From Mantamonas sphyraenae STR306 (taxonomy: Eukaryota; Protista; CRuMs), in contig JAPMXV010000060.1 in the NCBI GenBank assembly GCA_026936335.1, positions 260,435 through 324,434 of the forward strand: a DNA stretch of 64,000 bases, in the 5' to 3' direction. The translations under genes were made by a program, and so were the position numbers. This document shows positions 59,601 to 64,000 of the stretch, one piece after another. The notes below the pieces were generated by a model. It did not search any database. It was not told where the DNA came from and saw only the letters and a program-made list of their open reading frames with translations. Numbering within the stretch: the first letter of the stretch is position 1; the number at the start of each line of letters is the position of its first letter.

Positions 59601-62600
59601 TCATTCGAGGCGCTGGCGTTTGGAGGAGGAGGAGGAGGAGGAGGAGGAAGGGGCTTTGCGCTTGGGGAGGGTGAAAGAGGGGATCGGGTAGGCGTTGACG
59701 AGTGCGATGGTGGTGGGGCGTGTGGTGATGTGGGGTGTGATGCGGTCGATGAGGGTGTGGAGCAGGGTGTGCAGTGTGGCGTCGTTGGGTTTGGGGTTGT
59801 CGAGCCAGGCGATCTTGAGGGAGAGGGACGTGAAGCCGCGGGTGAGTGAATTGCTGATGGCATCGCGTACCTGGTTGTACGTGACACGTGGTCTGAGGAG
59901 GCGGACAAAGAAAGCCAGGTCGACAGGCGGCATGCCAACTTTGCCCAGCGCCAGGATGATGTGTCGCACCAGGGACATCTTGCTGCCGTTGTTGATCAGC
60001 TCACGCAGTGCCTGGTTCTCATTTGCGTGCTGATGGCGAGGGTGTTTGGTTGCGCGTGCCTTCATGTGTGCCAGCAGCGTCTGGAACTCCCGCGCCGTGC
60101 AGCTGCCACGCTCGTCGCTGCCAGTTCCCCTGCTCCAGCCACTGCGTACAGACTCAGGATGCCACTTGTCCACCTTGGTGGTGGTGAGGTGGTGATCGTA
60201 GTCGCATTGTGTCCAGTGTGGGTGGCTGTCGTTGTCAGCAGGTCGTCGTGCTTCCTGCAGCCACAGCTGGGTCTGCTTGTGCTCCTTCCAGGTGGTGGGA
60301 TGGGGCCTGTTGCCAAGTGTGTCCATCTCTGTCATAAGCAGGTGGAGGAGGGCGTAGTTGGGGTCGCCGTGGTCGTGTGGCTCCTCCAGCCAACACACCT
60401 TCAACCCAGCCTTGGTCACGCCCATGGCCAGACCGGCGCTGATGATGGCACCGCTGCAAGCCTGTTGATCCATGTCACGGCCGAAAAGGGTGAGGCAGAG
60501 GGCCATGTCGCCTTGGGAGAGGGGAATGTTGCCCAGAGCGAGCTGAATCTGTCGGATCAGCGTGTTGATGGCGCCATGGCAGACCACAACACGCGCCTGC
60601 AGTTTCATGAGGTGGGGGATGTTTTCGATGGGATGCTCGTTGGCCAGAGAGTGCATGTGCTTAAGCAGTGCCGTGTGCTCCTTCTTGTTGCTGCGGCTGC
60701 GCTCGCTCTTGCGCCAGGTTGTCCAGCCACTGCGCACGACGCCATCTGGCAGTCCATCCTCCACGGCCACCGTCTCCTCCTCTGTGGGCTCGGGCAGAAC
60801 AAGGTCGTGGATTTCGAGGGCGTTCACGGCGTCGAACGTGGTGGGCCTGGTGGTGATGTGGGGTGTGAAGCGGTCGATGAGGGTGTGGAGGAGGGTGTGC
60901 AGTGTGGCGTCGCTGGGTTGGGGTTTGTCCAACCAGGCAATCTTGAGGGAGAGGGAGGTGACGCCGCGGGTGAGGGTGGCGCTGATGGCCTTTTGCACCT
61001 GCTGGTAGGTGAGACGTGGCCTGAGGAGGCGGACAAAGAAGGCCAGGTCGACTGGCGGCACGCCAACGTTGCCCAGCGCCAGGATGATGTGTCGCACAAG
61101 GGAATTCAGGTTGCCGTTGTTGATCAACTCAGGCAGTGCCTGGAGCTCGTGTGCCTGCTCATGGCGAGGGTGCTTGGCTGCGCGTGCCTTCATGTGTGCC
61201 AGCAGCGTCTGGAACTCTCGCGCTGTGCAGCTGCCACGCTCGTCGTTCGGACCATTGGTCCAGCCACTGCGCACAGACTCAGGATGCCACCCTTCCACCA
61301 TGGTCGTGGGAAGGTGGTGGTCGTAGTCGCATTGAGTCCAGTGTGGGTCGCTGTCGTTGCCAGCAGGGCGTCGTGCTTTCTGCAGCCACAGCTGGGTCTG
61401 CTTGTGCTCCTTCCAGGTGTTGGGATGGGGCATGTCGCCGAGAGTGTCCATCTCTGACATGAGCAGGTGGAGGAGGGCGTAGTTGGGGTCGCCGTGGTCG
61501 TGTGGCTCCTCCAGCCAGCCCACCTTCAGCCCAGCCTTTGTCACACCCATGGCCAGGCCAGCGTGGGGGATGGCTTTTCTGCACGCCAATCGATCCCCAT
61601 TTCGACCGAGAAGGGTGAGGCAGAGCACCATGTCGCCTTGGGAGAGGGGAACGTTCCCCAGGGCGAGCTGAATCTGTCGGACAAGCGTGTTCAGGGTGCC
61701 ATGGCAGACCAGAACACGCGCCTGCAGGGTCATGAGGTCGGGGATGTCATCGATGGGATGCTGGTTGGCCAGAGTGTGCATGTGCTTCAGCAGTGCCGTG
61801 TGCTCCTTCTTGCTGTGGCTGCGCTCTTCACTGGGTCCCACTGACCACCCTTTGCTCACAACACCATCTGGCAACTTGTTCGTCTTGTTCACGCTTGCTT
61901 TCTTCCCAGCGCCGGTGTCTCCGTTCTTGGCCCTCCTTGCCCGTGTGCTCGATGTTCCTGTCTCTGTGCCACTGCCAGCCGTGACCCTGCGCCTGCGCTG
62001 TCCGCTGCCTTTCTTCTTTTGTGAACCAGCATGTCGACTGGTGCGGCCTCTGCGTCGTCGTCTGTGGCCTCTACTTGTGCGTCTCGGCTGCCAATCGTCC
62101 GAGTCCTCCTGCTCCATGTCGTTTGCGTCGTCGTCACTGTCGTCTTGCGGCATGTACTCCTCATCCATGGCATCACCGGTGTCTGCAGAGCTGAGTGGGC
62201 CCTGAGTTTCCAACTCGTCACCCACGTGCTGCTGGATGGCGTCGTTTGCCTCGCCGTCTTCTTCGTACGCCTCCATCCCTGAGCTGGTCATCCACTCTGA
62301 GTTGCTGAAAACTGACCGTGGTTCTCGGTGGCCAAAGTTCAGTACCATAAGGTCCTCCACGTCGCCGGTGTCATGTGTGTGTGTGTCCTGGTCTGCATCG
62401 ACGTCGTCGCTGTCTCCAGTCTGCAGTGTGCCCTGGTGGGAGGAGGACGACGATGTGGTGGTGGATGTGGTCCGTGTGATGCCAACAAAGGCAGGGCTGA
62501 TGCGTTTGGGGACGCGGTTGTGGTTGGTGGTGGGTTGAGCAGGCGGAGGGTGCAACGGAGGCTGAGCGAAATGCATCTGGGCGGTTTGTCGCGGCTGAGG

Positions 62601-63173
62601 AGGCGGCGGAGGAGGGTAGGCGTAGTATGGGTGGCCCTGATGAGGGTATGCGTGGTACTGCTGGGGGTGGGTGCCGACGCGGACCCAGACGATGGGTGGT
62701 GGTGGGTGCTGGTACGGGTTTTGTACGCCAGAGACGGGCAGCATGCTCGGAAACGGCTGGGCAGCCATGGGAGGGACCATGTACGCGTAGCTGTGGCGGA
62801 GACGGGGAGGGGCAACGCGGGGTGGCAACGGTGAGCGAAAGGCGGGATAGACGCCGTCAGGGCAGAAGCGGGGGTGAAGGGAGGCAGGAACGAGCAGAGA
62901 GGGAAAACGGAGAAGATTGGCAGACGGGGAAACTGGCAACGGGGTGGGCAGTGACAGGGGAGAGGGGATCGGAGAAGAGCGGAGAAGGCAGCGGCAGTGA
63001 TGATGGGGAAGTGGAGATGCAGGGGAGGAGTGCAGGAAAGCGACGGAGGCATGGAGGAGGCACGGAAGCGGAAGAAGCGGGCAGTCAAAAACCGGAGTGG
63101 AAGGCAGAACGCACGCTGGGTAGGTGTTGGGTGTGTGTTGTTGCTTCGGAGTGCTCGAGTAGTCTTTGTCCAT
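59601..63173 (-). CDS. Subtelomeric orphan protein: Pro-rich N-terminus, basic NLS-like region, four internal repeats (A-B-A-B)
   Basis: Exon 1 63173-63115, in-frame intron 63114-62791 (GTGCGT...CCACAG), then a continuous ORF to 59601. The repeat copies keep the frame. Confidence 0.75.
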   Translation of the reverse strand: MDKDYSSTPKQQHTPNTYPACVLPSTPVFDCPLLPLPCLLHASVAFLHSSPASPLPHHHCRCLLRSSPIPSPLSLPTPLPVSPSANLLRFPSLLVPASLHPRFCPDGVYPAFRSPLPPRVAPPRLRHSYAYMVPPMAAQPFPSMLPVSGVQNPYQHPPPPIVWVRVGTHPQQYHAYPHQGHPYYAYPPPPPPQPRQTAQMHFAQPPLHPPPAQPTTNHNRVPKRISPAFVGITRTTSTTTSSSSSHQGTLQTGDSDDVDADQDTHTHDTGDVEDLMVLNFGHREPRSVFSNSEWMTSSGMEAYEEDGEANDAIQQHVGDELETQGPLSSADTGDAMDEEYMPQDDSDDDANDMEQEDSDDWQPRRTSRGHRRRRRGRTSRHAGSQKKKGSGQRRRRVTAGSGTETGTSSTRARRAKNGDTGAGKKASVNKTNKLPDGVVSKGWSVGPSEERSHSKKEHTALLKHMHTLANQHPIDDIPDLMTLQARVLVCHGTLNTLVRQIQLALGNVPLSQGDMVLCLTLLGRNGDRLACRKAIPHAGLAMGVTKAGLKVGWLEEPHDHGDPNYALLHLLMSEMDTLGDMPHPNTWKEHKQTQLWLQKARRPAGNDSDPHWTQCDYDHHLPTTMVEGWHPESVRSGWTNGPNDERGSCTAREFQTLLAHMKARAAKHPRHEQAHELQALPELINNGNLNSLVRHIILALGNVGVPPVDLAFFVRLLRPRLTYQQVQKAISATLTRGVTSLSLKIAWLDKPQPSDATLHTLLHTLIDRFTPHITTRPTTFDAVNALEIHDLVLPEPTEEETVAVEDGLPDGVVRSGWTTWRKSERSRSNKKEHTALLKHMHSLANEHPIENIPHLMKLQARVVVCHGAINTLIRQIQLALGNIPLSQGDMALCLTLFGRDMDQQACSGAIISAGLAMGVTKAGLKVCWLEEPHDHGDPNYALLHLLMTEMDTLGNRPHPTTWKEHKQTQLWLQEARRPADNDSHPHWTQCDYDHHLTTTKVDKWHPESVRSGWSRGTGSDERGSCTAREFQTLLAHMKARATKHPRHQHANENQALRELINNGSKMSLVRHIILALGKVGMPPVDLAFFVRLLRPRVTYNQVRDAISNSLTRGFTSLSLKIAWLDNPKPNDATLHTLLHTLIDRITPHITTRPTTIALVNAYPIPSFTLPKRKAPSSSSSSSSSKRQRLE
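59691..61873. repeat. Tandem direct duplication, ~1.12 kb period (59691-60751 and 60819-61873), inside the last gene
   Basis: Both units start at codons for LPDGVV and end at FTPHITTRPTT/ITPHITTRPTT. High but incomplete nucleotide identity. Confidence 0.93.
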
Positions 63174-63300
63174 GGTGGTAGTGGTGGTCCTGGTGTGTAT
63201 GTGGATTGTGTTGGACTGGTGGAAGGTGTTGTGGGTGTTGGTGATACTTTGGTTGAAGGCGGATGGGCAGTGCTGACTGCGCGGCGTTGCAGAACGACGA

Positions 63301-63741
63301 CCACTCACCAGCGACATTTCCACTCCCACCCCATGCCCACTGCCCCATGTCACCACCGAACTCAGCCACCTCGCCAGCAGACACAAGCTCGACTCACACG
63401 ACATAGACCGGACACACGATATCAAGGCATAAAGGTAGAGATGGATGAGAAGCTTACGGATGCGATTGCATGTTAGGATCTATACAGTGTTCTGAGCATG
63501 ACTCAAGCCAACCGACAAAACTTGCCTTTTTTGGCAAGAACGACACCTGTTCCATCTCGCCAGGCAGTTGGAACGACTTGACGGAAACTTCGCAAAACAA
63601 GCGGAACCAACAAAAAGCACGATGCCCACTCACCAGCGACATTTCCACTCCCACCCACTGCCCACTGCCCCACGTCACCACCCAACTCAGCCACCCCGCC
63701 AGCAGACACAAGCACAACTCACACTACCTAGACCGGACACA
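63301..63741. repeat. Two ~117-bp imperfect direct repeats (63301-63418 and 63626-63741) next to the telomere
   Basis: Both read CCACTCACCAGCGACATTTCCACTCCCACCC...CAGCAGACACAAGC...TAGACCGGACAC. Confidence 0.9.
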
Positions 63742-63775
63742 TCATAACAGCATCTTGAAGGGCTATGATCATCAA

Positions 63776-64000
63776 TCAGGGTTAGGGCAGGATAGGGTTA
63801 GGGTTAGGGTTAGGGTTAGGGTTAGGGTTAGGGTTAGGGTTAGGGTTAGGGTTAGGGTTAGGGTTAGGGTTAGGGTTAGGGTTAGGGTTAGGGTTAGGGT
63901 TAGGGTTAGGGTTAGGGTTAGGGTTAGGGTTAGGGTTAGGGTTAGGGTTAGGGTTAGGGTTAGGGTTAGGGTTAGGGTTAGGGTTAGGGTTAGGGTTAGG
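63776..64000 (+). repeat. Telomeric repeat array (TTAGGG)n; variant units at the junction
   Basis: TCAGGG, TTAGGG, CAGG, ATAGGG, then uninterrupted TTAGGG from 63798 to the window end. Confidence 0.99.

Noticed and set aside
59601-63425. Telomere-associated retrotransposon or RecQ-like helicase
   Set aside because: No reverse transcriptase (YADD-type), endonuclease, gag zinc knuckle or helicase Walker/DEAH motifs in the ORF.
63301-63741. CRISPR-like repeat-spacer structure
   Set aside because: Only two long imperfect repeats, eukaryotic context, no cas genes.

Overview
Right-hand chromosome end of a very gene-dense, intron-containing, GC-rich unicellular eukaryote (protist-like; taxon not determinable from this window), terminating in a (TTAGGG)n telomere. 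About 33 protein-coding genes are packed with intergenic gaps of often only 8-70 bp, including RPN2, ATG9, synapsin, a four-domain EEEE voltage-gated channel, RAB3GAP2, strumpellin, GABA transaminase, MECR, DNAJC11, DPH3, CDC48 and a kinesin-3. Two RNA genes absent from the ORF track were read directly from the sequence: U3 snoRNA (8078-8362, -) and U1 snRNA (45887-46049, +). They share an identical 10-mer at about -67/-68, a candidate PSE. Other notable structure: (i) a ~2.3 kb inverted duplication carrying two intact RPL23A+PFDN6 copies around a single atypical cap-methyltransferase paralogue; (ii) a telomere-adjacent orphan gene built from four putative winged-helix-like repeats; (iii) a stand-alone NPC1 N-terminal-domain membrane protein; (iv) a bacterial-type DUF6687 gene with an intron and a tail anchor; (v) an ankyrin-IQ-coiled-coil gene apparently broken by two compensating single-base indels; (vi) orientation-independent GC-skew domains. 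Gene identities come from recognising motifs by eye, with no database searches. Exon boundaries were inferred from GT-AG signals and reading-frame continuity.
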